64,000 bases of DNA from Candidatus Enterousia sp. (lineage in GTDB: Bacteria > Pseudomonadota > Alphaproteobacteria > Rs-D84). The DNA lies in assembly GCA_045613345.1 (NCBI GenBank), contig JAZLAT010000005.1, positions 135,112-199,111 on the forward strand. The letters are read 5' to 3'. Shown piece by piece: positions 27,291-36,260 of this stretch. The notes below the pieces were generated by a model. It did not search any database and had not been told where the DNA came from. It saw nothing but the letters and a program-made list of their open reading frames with translations. Position 1 is the first letter of the stretch, and every line of letters begins with the position of its first letter. The translations under genes and the position numbers were made by a program.

Positions 27291-29768
27291 ATGCCAAAAA
27301 AACAAAAAAACAAACGCGGAATTTTATGGTGGGTGACAAGTATAATAACCACTATTATTATTGCCATTATAATTGCACCAACATTTATAAACTTGAACAG
27401 CCTTCGCGGGCGCATAGAATCCGCAATATTCAACCAAACCGGTGTAAAAATCGAAATCAATGGCGATATAAATTTCGGTCTTGTCGGACAACCGACTATT
27501 GTCGCGCATAATGTCCGCACCCCAAACGGGACAACCAAGACACTTGCAATTAAAATACCTTTTATTGGATTATTTGATATAACAAACACAAAACTTGATG
27601 GCGCGATATCCGCCACCGGTGCAAGAATTCATTTAAAATCACTGGAAACTTTGAACCTTGGGTATAATTTGGATGTGCGCGATTCGGTTCTGGAATTTAT
27701 GGGCAAAGAATACCAGATTATAGACGGCACTTTTGAAAACGGTGTATTTAATGGTCTTGTTCGCACGGGTCAACATAAATATAACATCCGTTTTAACGAT
27801 AAAAATTTTACCATAAAAAATAAAAATATGAATTTGGAAATAAATGGAGAACTTTATCCGTCGGGTGCGGCGGGGGGCACATTGGAAATAGCCACCGACA
27901 AGATAAACGAATGGTTTGAATTTAATGAACCAAAAATTACATCACACGTAAATTTAAGTACAGATTTTTGGTGGGACGGCGGATACGGATTCAGATTTTA
28001 TGATTTGGTTGCAAATAATGTTCGCGGGAACATAGAACTTGAACCAAATGGATGGCATACAATCAATCTTTATTCTGATGATACGCATTTTGATTTTTCT
28101 TTTTTGACGCGTCCGACAAAAATTCTTCGCAACACCCGTATGAACATAGATTTTTATGGCGATTTAACATTCGAAGATCGAACTTTTCATCATGTAAAAA
28201 TCGATACACTTGGAACAGATGACCATGTCCAAATACACAGCATTATTGCCGACAAGACAAGTTTTACCGGTGGCACAATGGATGCACGCGGCGGACATAA
28301 CATTATGATAAAAACCGAATACGAAGGCAAAAACCTTGAATGTCTGTTTTCTGGAACCCGTAAAGATTGGGAATGCCGACAATTTAAATACGGAGATATT
28401 GCGGGTCAAATAAAATACGACAAAAAAAATCTTATCGGCGAAATAACCGCAAATCGTACTGCAACAATTGACGAACTAGAAGAATATTTGGTGCGCCTTG
28501 GTGTCCGCAACGCAAACATAAAATTTAAATTTGCAAACATGGGTGGTCAATATATCAACAAAAATGGTCAAACAACATTGGAATATGATTATGTTTATGG
28601 AAAAACATTAAAATGGTTAAACCCGCATACGAAGCTTTTACCCAAATTTATGCTGGACGCACCGGGCAACATGGTATGGACAGACAATACAATGACCTTT
28701 ATTCCAAATTCAAATGAATGGTCTTTGACATTGCACGACAATTTCTTTTTCCTGACGGGGAACAGCATAAAAAAATGGTTTCCAAACATAGACTTGCGTT
28801 CCGTCAAAGATTTTGATTATACGGCTTCGGGCTTTTATAATAACCGTGGCGACATTTCCGATTTGACCGTTAAAATAGCAAACCATGTTTTTACCGGAAC
28901 CGCCAATTCAAATGGTGTCACTTTGCATACAAAAATATTGGAACTCGATTCGTTTTTGAACAGTGAATTTTTTAATAAATATGACGAGCTGGAATTTATT
29001 GCAAATGCGCCAATACTTGTTCCTTTTGATTTTGATACAAACATCTATCTTGATGCGGACAACCTTGTAATTGGCGACAACACATACAGAAATTTTGTTT
29101 ACGCATTAAAATCCGGAACCCAAACCTTTTCTGTGGATGATGCATCGCGCGGAAACATGTTGGCGACAATTATTCGCGAAAGATCTGAATATGATATATT
29201 TATTCAATTGAACCGATTTGTAATAAATGGCGAATTATTAAAAAGCGACTTTCCATTAAACATATTAAATACAACTATTACCGCAGAAATAACATTGCAT
29301 ACATCGGGACATATTGCACACGATATTTGGTATAACATGGTGGGCGATATGGATTTAAGTTTTGACGGCGGTTATATAAACGGAATCGGAATTGATGCTT
29401 TTTATGCGAACGCCGAAAACATAACGCGCACCAATGTCGAAGATACATTGATGGCGGCACTTGAAAATGGTCTGACAAGAATCAAAAACATGAGAATCAT
29501 CGGTAAATATAATAACGGCAATTTTGGAACAACCGAACCATTGACCATATCCATGCGACACACAGACGCAATTGGGACTTTATCAATTGAACACGGCGCA
29601 ATGACTGCAAAACTTAGCATGTCAATGCGCGGGACCGCACCCGATCCGGTGACCGTAAGTGTTGCCATCGCACCGAACGGAAAACGCGGATATTCGATAT
29701 CAGAAATTATGCGATACTTTGACCCGGCATTCATGCGCAGTTTCATACGAAATCACGACAAATTTTAA
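27291..29768 (+). CDS. AsmA-family large envelope protein
   Basis: N-terminal anchor followed by LNSLRGRIESAIFNQTGVKIEINGDINFGL, which resembles the AsmA N-domain. 825 aa and beta-rich. The family call is tentative. Confidence 0.45.
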   Translation: MPKKQKNKRGILWWVTSIITTIIIAIIIAPTFINLNSLRGRIESAIFNQTGVKIEINGDINFGLVGQPTIVAHNVRTPNGTTKTLAIKIPFIGLFDITNTKLDGAISATGARIHLKSLETLNLGYNLDVRDSVLEFMGKEYQIIDGTFENGVFNGLVRTGQHKYNIRFNDKNFTIKNKNMNLEINGELYPSGAAGGTLEIATDKINEWFEFNEPKITSHVNLSTDFWWDGGYGFRFYDLVANNVRGNIELEPNGWHTINLYSDDTHFDFSFLTRPTKILRNTRMNIDFYGDLTFEDRTFHHVKIDTLGTDDHVQIHSIIADKTSFTGGTMDARGGHNIMIKTEYEGKNLECLFSGTRKDWECRQFKYGDIAGQIKYDKKNLIGEITANRTATIDELEEYLVRLGVRNANIKFKFANMGGQYINKNGQTTLEYDYVYGKTLKWLNPHTKLLPKFMLDAPGNMVWTDNTMTFIPNSNEWSLTLHDNFFFLTGNSIKKWFPNIDLRSVKDFDYTASGFYNNRGDISDLTVKIANHVFTGTANSNGVTLHTKILELDSFLNSEFFNKYDELEFIANAPILVPFDFDTNIYLDADNLVIGDNTYRNFVYALKSGTQTFSVDDASRGNMLATIIRERSEYDIFIQLNRFVINGELLKSDFPLNILNTTITAEITLHTSGHIAHDIWYNMVGDMDLSFDGGYINGIGIDAFYANAENITRTNVEDTLMAALENGLTRIKNMRIIGKYNNGNFGTTEPLTISMRHTDAIGTLSIEHGAMTAKLSMSMRGTAPDPVTVSVAIAPNGKRGYSISEIMRYFDPAFMRSFIRNHDKF

Positions 29769-29776
29769 TAAAACAA

Positions 29777-29800
29777 ATCGCCCGCAAAAATGTGGGCGAT
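29777..29800. terminator. bidirectional terminator between asmA-like gene and aspS
   Basis: ATCGCCC-gcaaaaatgt-GGGCGAT hairpin between convergent genes. Confidence 0.55.
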
Positions 29801-29822
29801 ACTAAATCAACAACCACTAAAT

Positions 29823-31592
29823 TTAGTTCTTTTTACGAACTTGGATATGCACATCACGCAGTTGCTGTTCGGTAACCTCGTTCGGTGAACCCATCAGCAA
29901 ATCTTGACCGCGCTGGTTCGCCGGGAAAGCAACCGTTTCACGCAGGCTTTCACCCGTGCCCAAAATTTCGGAAATCAATCTGTCAATTCCGAATGCGAAC
30001 CCGCCATGCGGTGGCGCACCATATTTAAACGCGGTATAAAGCGCATTAAAGTTCTTTTCTACCGCCTCGATTGGGTATCCGGCGATATCAAAGCACTTTT
30101 TCATCACTTCGGGGTTATAGTTACGCAACCCGCCACTGCACATTTCGATACCGTTTATAACCATATCAAATTGCGCCGCCTTGATAGAGAACGGATCGCG
30201 CGTATCCAACTCTTCCAATGTTGCCAAAGGATATGAAAACGGATTATGCGTAAATGCGGGTGCCCCACTCCGTTCTTCATCGGGTTCAAAGAACGGGAAA
30301 TTATCAACCCAGCAAATTGCAAAATCGCGCGGATTTACCAAGCCCAAATCTGCGCCCAATTTATTCCGCAATTTCCCGGCGGCCTTGGACGCAGCATCCA
30401 CATTATCGCACACAAAGAACAATGACGAATTATCACCTGCAATTTTGTGCAACTTTTCAATGCGTTCCGCGTCCAGTTTTTTCGCAACCGGACCTTTTGG
30501 TTCATCGGCAAAAACGATATAGGCTAATCCGCCCATACCCAATTCTTTGACGGCATATTCGCCCAATTTATCAAACCAAGAGCGCGGTTTGTCGGCACTG
30601 TTCGGTGCCGGAATCGCACGCACAACCGCGCCATTTTCAATTGCATTGGCAAAGATTCCAAAATCCGACCCACGGAAAATATCCGTAACATCAGAAATCA
30701 AAATCGGGTTCCGCAAATCAGGCTTGTCCGAACCATATTTCAACATCGCATCGTCAAAAGAAATATGCGGAATATCCGGATAAATATTTGCGTCTGGGGC
30801 AAAAGTCCGAATCAGTTCCGGAATAACAACTTCGCCAACCTTTTGAATTTCGGGCAAATCGACGAACGACATTTCGACATCTAATTGATAAAATTCTAAC
30901 AACCGGTCGGCGCGTAAATCTTCATCGCGAAAACACGTGGCAATTTGGAAATAACGGTCAAAACCCGACACCTGTAACAATTGTTTGAACATTTGCGGTG
31001 ACTGGGGCAGCGAATAGAATTTTCCATGATGCAAACGCGACGGCACCAAAAAGCAACGTGCGCCTTCGGGCGAATCCGCCGTCAGCAACGGTGTTTGAAA
31101 TTCTGAAAAACCCAAATCCCACATTTTATCACGCAACCATTTAATAATCTTGTTGCGCATCAAAATATTATGGTGCAACTTTTCCCGTCGCAAATCCAAG
31201 AACCGATATTTATACCGTAATTCTTCACTGGTATCATCATCGCCAAACACTTGGAAAGGCAAAGTTTCTGCATTTGTCAAAACATTCCAAGATTTAACCT
31301 GAATCTCGATTTCGCCGGTTGGGATTTTGTCATTTATTTGTGATGCGTCACGCGCAACCACCGTTCCCACAACTTGCAACACAGATTCCGGACGCACACG
31401 TTCCAATTCATCATTTCCGCCGTCCATAACAATCTGGGTAATTCCGTAATTATCGCGCAAGTCAATAAATAACAAAGACCCATGATCACGCTTACGATGA
31501 ACCCAGCCCGACAACGTTACGGTTTCACCAACATTTTTCGCACACAGTTCCCCACAGGTATGCGTTCTGTATTTTGATTTCAGTGATAACAT
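29823..31592 (-). CDS. aspS: aspartate--tRNA ligase
   Basis: Class II aaRS motifs (FRDEDLRADR, GGFAFGIDRL) and an OB-fold N-domain (TLSGWVHRKRDHGSLLFIDLRDNYG). Start set at MLSLKSKYRTH (ATG 31592); the ORF-track extension to 31718 uses an upstream GTG and adds non-conserved residues. Confidence 0.95.
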   Translation of the reverse strand: MLSLKSKYRTHTCGELCAKNVGETVTLSGWVHRKRDHGSLLFIDLRDNYGITQIVMDGGNDELERVRPESVLQVVGTVVARDASQINDKIPTGEIEIQVKSWNVLTNAETLPFQVFGDDDTSEELRYKYRFLDLRREKLHHNILMRNKIIKWLRDKMWDLGFSEFQTPLLTADSPEGARCFLVPSRLHHGKFYSLPQSPQMFKQLLQVSGFDRYFQIATCFRDEDLRADRLLEFYQLDVEMSFVDLPEIQKVGEVVIPELIRTFAPDANIYPDIPHISFDDAMLKYGSDKPDLRNPILISDVTDIFRGSDFGIFANAIENGAVVRAIPAPNSADKPRSWFDKLGEYAVKELGMGGLAYIVFADEPKGPVAKKLDAERIEKLHKIAGDNSSLFFVCDNVDAASKAAGKLRNKLGADLGLVNPRDFAICWVDNFPFFEPDEERSGAPAFTHNPFSYPLATLEELDTRDPFSIKAAQFDMVINGIEMCSGGLRNYNPEVMKKCFDIAGYPIEAVEKNFNALYTAFKYGAPPHGGFAFGIDRLISEILGTGESLRETVAFPANQRGQDLLMGSPNEVTEQQLRDVHIQVRKKN

Positions 31593-31802
31593 TTTCGTTC
31601 CCTTTTTGGTTCGGGCGCAAAAGACTAAAATGTTTAGAATCTTGGCACCCATTGGTTTAATGTTTTCTTTTCGGGGCGCATAAAGTTGGCTATGCGCGGT
31701 GCCACCCGAATTTATCACTTTTTGTTTTTTGATTTGGCGATTCCGTGGTTGTTGGTCACATCAACACCCCCAAACCATTATGCAAACCAGATGATGAATT
31801 TC

Positions 31803-31876
31803 TGGTGCCCTAAGCAAGAATCGGACTTGCGACTCGTCCTTACCAAGGACGTGTTTTACCACTAGACTATTAGGGC
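31803..31876 (-). tRNA. tRNA-Thr (anticodon GGT)
   Basis: Hand fold: acceptor GCCCTAA/TTAGGGC, anticodon stem CGTCC/GGACG with loop TTGGTAA, T-arm GCAAG-TCCGATT-CTTGC, encoded CCA. The T-loop has C at position 55. The D-stem has one mismatch. Confidence 0.8.
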
Positions 31877-31927
31877 CTGTGCCAACCGATTATACCCGGC
31901 CCGCGACAAAAATCAAGAAAAAAGCAT

Positions 31928-32512
31928 TTATCGCACAAATTTTATCTGCGGTGCAATATCTTCATTTTCCTTTGGCTCGGGCGCGGCGGCGATTCCACCG
32001 AATGGCATTTCGGCCACCAAAACCCAAGATTCGGGCAAATTAAACATTTTTTGCACCATATCATCAATCACAGGATTATAGTGTTGCAAACTTGCACCTA
32101 TTCCGACATCTGCGAACGCCGTCCAAATTGCGAACTGTAACATCGCATTCGACTGCATTACCCAATCATGAAATTTATCGGCATAAAGTGCATATTTCTT
32201 TTTATATTCATTAACCACATCGCGATCATAGAAATAGAGTATTGTGCCATAGCCTTCCATAAAAGAATCTGTCCTGTCACGCGCAAACCGACCACCCGAC
32301 GCAACAACCAAACTGTCATAAACCGCATTCCAAAATTCGTAATTTTTATGCCCGATCACAACCACGACGCGTTGACTTTTCATATTGAAAGCATCGGGAA
32401 CATAACGCACCGCATCATTCACAATTTCCACGACTTTGTCTTCAAATATTGGTAAATTCTTGTCCAAGTTATAAACCGACCGCCGATTTTTAATCATTTC
32501 AATAAAGTTCAT
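31928..32512 (-). CDS. nitroreductase family protein
   Basis: N-terminal IKNRRSVYNL motif and 194-aa size typical of the NfsB/NfnB-like nitroreductase fold. Confidence 0.7.
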   Translation of the reverse strand: MNFIEMIKNRRSVYNLDKNLPIFEDKVVEIVNDAVRYVPDAFNMKSQRVVVVIGHKNYEFWNAVYDSLVVASGGRFARDRTDSFMEGYGTILYFYDRDVVNEYKKKYALYADKFHDWVMQSNAMLQFAIWTAFADVGIGASLQHYNPVIDDMVQKMFNLPESWVLVAEMPFGGIAAAPEPKENEDIAPQIKFVR

Positions 32513-32641
32513 TTCCCGCCCTTTTTTTACACATTATACAGTAATGTTGCAAAATCACAATTGGTATATATTCGGCAGAAAAAATTCTGGACTTTTTGGA
32601 CACGACGCGTTAGCATTAAATTAAATATCAAATAAGGTGTT

Positions 32642-32950
32642 ATGAAAATGATAGCAAATCCTGAAAACATTATTTCTTTAACAGATTTTAAGCGCAACGC
32701 AGCAGATGTTGTAAAGCGCATAAAAGATGACAAATCGCCAGCTGTCTTGACTGTCAACGGTGCTGCATCTGTGGTTGTGCTGGATGCGAACGAATATCAC
32801 AGGATTGCACGCGATGCAGAGATGGGCTCTATGATGCGCGGCATCGAAGATGGTTTGAAAAGCATGGAAGAAAATCGTGGTATGCTGTTAGATACCGCAT
32901 TTAAAACACTGAAACAATATATGCGAAACGCCTTAAAACGTCAAGGTTAG
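32642..32950 (+). CDS. type II antitoxin, Phd/YefM family
   Basis: N-terminal ISLTDFKRNAADVVKRIKDDKSPAVLTVNGAASVVVLDANEY is the Phd/YefM fold pattern. 3-nt gap to a RelE/ParE-type toxin. Confidence 0.7.
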   Translation: MKMIANPENIISLTDFKRNAADVVKRIKDDKSPAVLTVNGAASVVVLDANEYHRIARDAEMGSMMRGIEDGLKSMEENRGMLLDTAFKTLKQYMRNALKRQG

Positions 32951-32953
32951 ACA

Positions 32954-33256
32954 ATGGCAAAAAAATATTCAGTTATAGTTGAAGAGCGTGCATATAACGA
33001 TTTGCGTGATATATTTATTTATATCGCAAAAGATTCACCTTTGATTGCAGACAAAATATATGACGAACTTTTGGAACAGATGCATTCGTTGCAAGAATTT
33101 CCAAAAAAGCATCAAGTTATTATAATTGTTCGCGACCACGAGATAAGACATTTGGTATTCAAGAAAGGATTTCGAATAGTATATACGATACACGACAACG
33201 AGGTCCATATTTTGCACTGTTTCAGGTCAGAACAAATTTTGAAAGAATGTTTATAA
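32954..33256 (+). CDS. type II toxin, RelE/ParE family
   Basis: 100 aa. ...IRHLVFKKGFRIVYTIHDNEVHILHCF matches the ParE/RelE C-terminal pattern. Paired with the antitoxin. Confidence 0.75.
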   Translation: MAKKYSVIVEERAYNDLRDIFIYIAKDSPLIADKIYDELLEQMHSLQEFPKKHQVIIIVRDHEIRHLVFKKGFRIVYTIHDNEVHILHCFRSEQILKECL

Positions 33257-33365
33257 ATACTTTGATAGGATTGTAAAATTAACAAAAAACAATCTAAACG
33301 TCAACATAAAAAACTTGTAATCCCAGAAAACATGTATAATATAAGGCATAAACAAGGATCACAAC

Positions 33366-33947
33366 ATGAAATACGTAACAGAAATGAATTCAATCATTGC
33401 CGAATGGAAAAAAACATGCATATATAATTTAACTGTTGCTTTCCCAAAAGAAATTTTAAATAAACAACAATTGTCCACCAAATCTTGGACCGATATTATC
33501 AGTGCATCATATGATTTAATTCAAGAACCAGATACAATCTCTCGTGCTTACTCTACAAATTGCTTCATTCTTGGCGCGGCTGCTGGTCCTAATAAACTAG
33601 CAGGATTTGATAGGGACCAAAATGTTTATGCCTTTTATAAAAACACATTTGGCCCATCATTAAAATTTGCGACCGATTTATTAGACCAAAGCGCATTTGC
33701 AGCAGAACCAAATGCATATGTGATTTTACCAAGTGGAACACCATACAACAATGGATTACCAGCTAGTTTGCAATATATAACCCCACGTGCCATGATGATG
33801 CATACAGTGTCCAAAAACGAAAATGCACACAAAGTTGATGATATATTGTTCAGTAAACATTTAGGTATTGTTGTTATTAAAGCTGTACCAGAACTTCCAA
33901 AACCAGCATTGGATTGGGCTGCACAAAATAATGTAAAAGTATATTAA
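33366..33947 (+). CDS. hypothetical protein
   Basis: 193-aa ORF with a plausible start. No motif recognised. Confidence 0.35.
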   Translation: MKYVTEMNSIIAEWKKTCIYNLTVAFPKEILNKQQLSTKSWTDIISASYDLIQEPDTISRAYSTNCFILGAAAGPNKLAGFDRDQNVYAFYKNTFGPSLKFATDLLDQSAFAAEPNAYVILPSGTPYNNGLPASLQYITPRAMMMHTVSKNENAHKVDDILFSKHLGIVVIKAVPELPKPALDWAAQNNVKVY

Positions 33948-34217
33948 AATTTATCGAATTGCAGGATTTATTTGTGTAAACACCTGTGTATCAAATGTGT
34001 AGAGATTTTATCTATTTTGTCCGTCTGCGTTCACTTTGTTCACTACGCCGCGGCATCCGTTTCGCGTGATTAAAATCACATCGCTCCGCCCGATTGTACC
34101 ACTCGCAACGGTTTCGCTGCGCTGACGCTTGCAAAACCGGCTATCGTGTCGGACCCAGGGGTCCTTATCTTTCGCGACTATACCAAAAACAAAATCGGGA
34201 CAAGCCCGATTTAATTT

Positions 34218-34263
34218 TTGGTAGCGGCGAAGGGATTCGGACCCCTGACCAAAGGATTATGAT
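34218..34263. repeat. attL: displaced copy of the 3' half of tRNA(CAT)
   Basis: 46/46 nt identical to 38344-38389 (TTGGTAGCGGCGAAGGGATTCGGACCCCTGACCAAAGGATTATGAT). Confidence 0.9.
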
Positions 34264-34550
34264 AAGTTTGAGATAAAAACCAAATAACGCAGATTCTTGC
34301 GGCTTACAGCGATTTTTTAACCCATCAAATTTTTCTCTGTGTAGAGAATGTGTAGACTAAAAATTTCAACCAAAACAATATGCATTTGTAGCCAAAACCG
34401 CTTACTTCCCACTTCCCACAAAAAACCATTTCGAACAAAAAACAATGTCAAAAAAACTTAACACTATTGACAATTTTGGGATGTAATGGAACTGACAATG
34501 CAAAAGTCCTTTTTTATGATTTGTGCAGAACTAAACAAAAAGGATAAAAT

Positions 34551-35972
34551 ATGGATGATAAATTTATATCCCCACAACAACTGGCAGAATATTTGGGGAT
34601 GCCTTATTCTGCATTGGCTCAACACAGAAAAAAAGGAACTGGGCCAAAATATTTAAAAATAGGTCATCTTGTTCGTTACAGAATGTCTGATATAGAAAAT
34701 TGGCTCCAAGAACGCAAAGAAACCCCTATTGAATATAAAAAAAGCAAAAAACCAACTACGCATTGGAAATGTTATAAAAGAATGCTTGATGAATCATGGA
34801 TTAAATCATTAAAATCGGACGTAAATTTGTGCGTCACTGATACATGCATACCAGGTTTACAGATGCGATTTTATCATGATAGCGGTCATATATCTTTTTA
34901 TCTGGCCTATACAGCTAAAAACACCAGAATACAACGAAATCTATTTCTTGGAAAACATTGTGATTTTAAACTAGAAGAAATACGCAGAAGAGCAATGAAT
35001 TTTCGCCAGCAAGTATCAGACGGCAAAGATCCTTTTATGGATATTATCATAGAAAGAGAAAAACAGGCAGAGGAATATAGAAAAAGAATAAAAATATCAA
35101 AACTGTTGGACTTATACTTTCAAAAACATTGCATGGTTTACAAAAAACCAAATACACAAAGATCTGACAGTTTCATAATTAAATACATAAAATCAATATT
35201 GGGCAACCTATACATAACAGAATTGGATTTGCCAAAGTTGATAGATTTTTATCAACGAAAAGCAGCACAAACATCTTTTTCAACAGCAAACCATTATATC
35301 GCACTGATTTCAAATTTCTGGAATTGGTGTGAAACATATAACTACCTGCCATTAAACAGCAACCCTTGTCGCAAGATACCAAAAGGCAAAAATAAGAAGA
35401 CACCAGTAAAGCCATTAACACTGGACGAATACAAGCGACTATTACAAGCAATTGAAGATGGCTTTATATATTCGCCATATCATCCAAGAATGTTTCGAGC
35501 ATTAAAAGTGTTAATGTTAACAGGTTGCCGGACAACCGAAATAACAAAACTAAAAAAAGCAAATGTGGATTTGGAAAACGGATTCATATATTTGACCGAA
35601 AGCAAGAACAATGAAGAAAAACATCCACTGGGCCAACCCGCGATAAACGAATTACGAATTGCTTTGCAAGAGGCACCAAATGACAGCGAATACGTTTTCC
35701 CTGCTACACGTAGCGGGCCAAACACATTGTTAGATTTACGCAAGGCACACAGATGGGCGTTGGAACGTGCCGGGCTTTCACAGATGCGCAAACACGATTA
35801 TAGACATTCGTTTGTTAGTATAGGAACAGATACACTGGGAATGCCGATACAAGCAGTATCCAAAACCATAGGACATGCGGACATAGCAACAACGGCTATA
35901 TATTCACACATTTCGGACAAAACAAGATTGGAAACAGCAAACCGGATTGCGCTGGCAATAACCGGACAATAG
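34551..35972 (+). CDS. int: tyrosine-type integrase with N-terminal AlpA/excisionase-like HTH
   Basis: C-terminal catalytic residues in LTGCRTTE (R), HDYRHSF (H-x-x-R), GHADIATTAIYSH (H, Y). N-terminal SPQQLAEYLGMPYSALAQHRKKGTGPKYLKIGHLVRYRMSDIENWL is an HTH_17/Xis-like motif. Confidence 0.9.
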   Translation: MDDKFISPQQLAEYLGMPYSALAQHRKKGTGPKYLKIGHLVRYRMSDIENWLQERKETPIEYKKSKKPTTHWKCYKRMLDESWIKSLKSDVNLCVTDTCIPGLQMRFYHDSGHISFYLAYTAKNTRIQRNLFLGKHCDFKLEEIRRRAMNFRQQVSDGKDPFMDIIIEREKQAEEYRKRIKISKLLDLYFQKHCMVYKKPNTQRSDSFIIKYIKSILGNLYITELDLPKLIDFYQRKAAQTSFSTANHYIALISNFWNWCETYNYLPLNSNPCRKIPKGKNKKTPVKPLTLDEYKRLLQAIEDGFIYSPYHPRMFRALKVLMLTGCRTTEITKLKKANVDLENGFIYLTESKNNEEKHPLGQPAINELRIALQEAPNDSEYVFPATRSGPNTLLDLRKAHRWALERAGLSQMRKHDYRHSFVSIGTDTLGMPIQAVSKTIGHADIATTAIYSHISDKTRLETANRIALAITGQ

Positions 35973-36118
35973 TTTTTTATACATAAAATATGTACCGGTA
36001 TCACCCCGCCCGGCACATATTTATAAAACGATTCGTTTTAATAGTAAAATTTTGTCAATAATTTTAATATTTGTCCACATCTTGTTTTTTGTTGATTTTT
36101 TCATTTTTTTGTGATAAA

Positions 36119-36198
36119 GTTGCTAGCATAAACGCAAAGAAAATTTGCTAGCAACTAAGACCATCGTTTTTTGGTGGTTTTTTTTATCAAAAAACGAT
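36119..36198. promoter_or_regulatory. two 10-bp inverted repeats upstream of the island ATPase gene
   Basis: IR1: GTTGCTAGCA (36119-36128) / TGCTAGCAAC (36146-36155). IR2: ATCGTTTTTT (36163-36172) / AAAAAACGAT (36189-36198). They lie 63-142 nt upstream of ATG 36261. Confidence 0.35.
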
Positions 36199-36260
36199 AG
36201 AATAAACTTGAGAAACACTATTTATGTAGTATATTTCTTCTAAACATAAGGTATTTACAT

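Noticed and set aside
27248-27616. 122-aa minus-strand ORF overlapping the start of the AsmA-like gene
   Set aside because: It is antisense to the hydrophobic N-terminus of the larger, better supported ORF. It also sits in the uvrB promoter-proximal region with no start context.
31593-31718. 42-codon N-terminal extension of aspS from a GTG start
   Set aside because: The conserved AspRS sequence begins at MLSLKSKYRTHTCGEL (ATG 31592). The extension has no similarity to AspRS N-termini and runs into the leader next to tRNA-Thr.
34094-34276. 60-aa ORF spanning attL
   Set aside because: It reads through the displaced tRNA fragment and its old terminator hairpin, so it is not a plausible gene. 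The same reasoning applies to the 60-aa ORF at 8016-8198 over tRNA-Gln, and to the ORFs at 62032-62235 and 62254-62637 overlapping the tRNA-fMet region and the antisense strand of dnaG.
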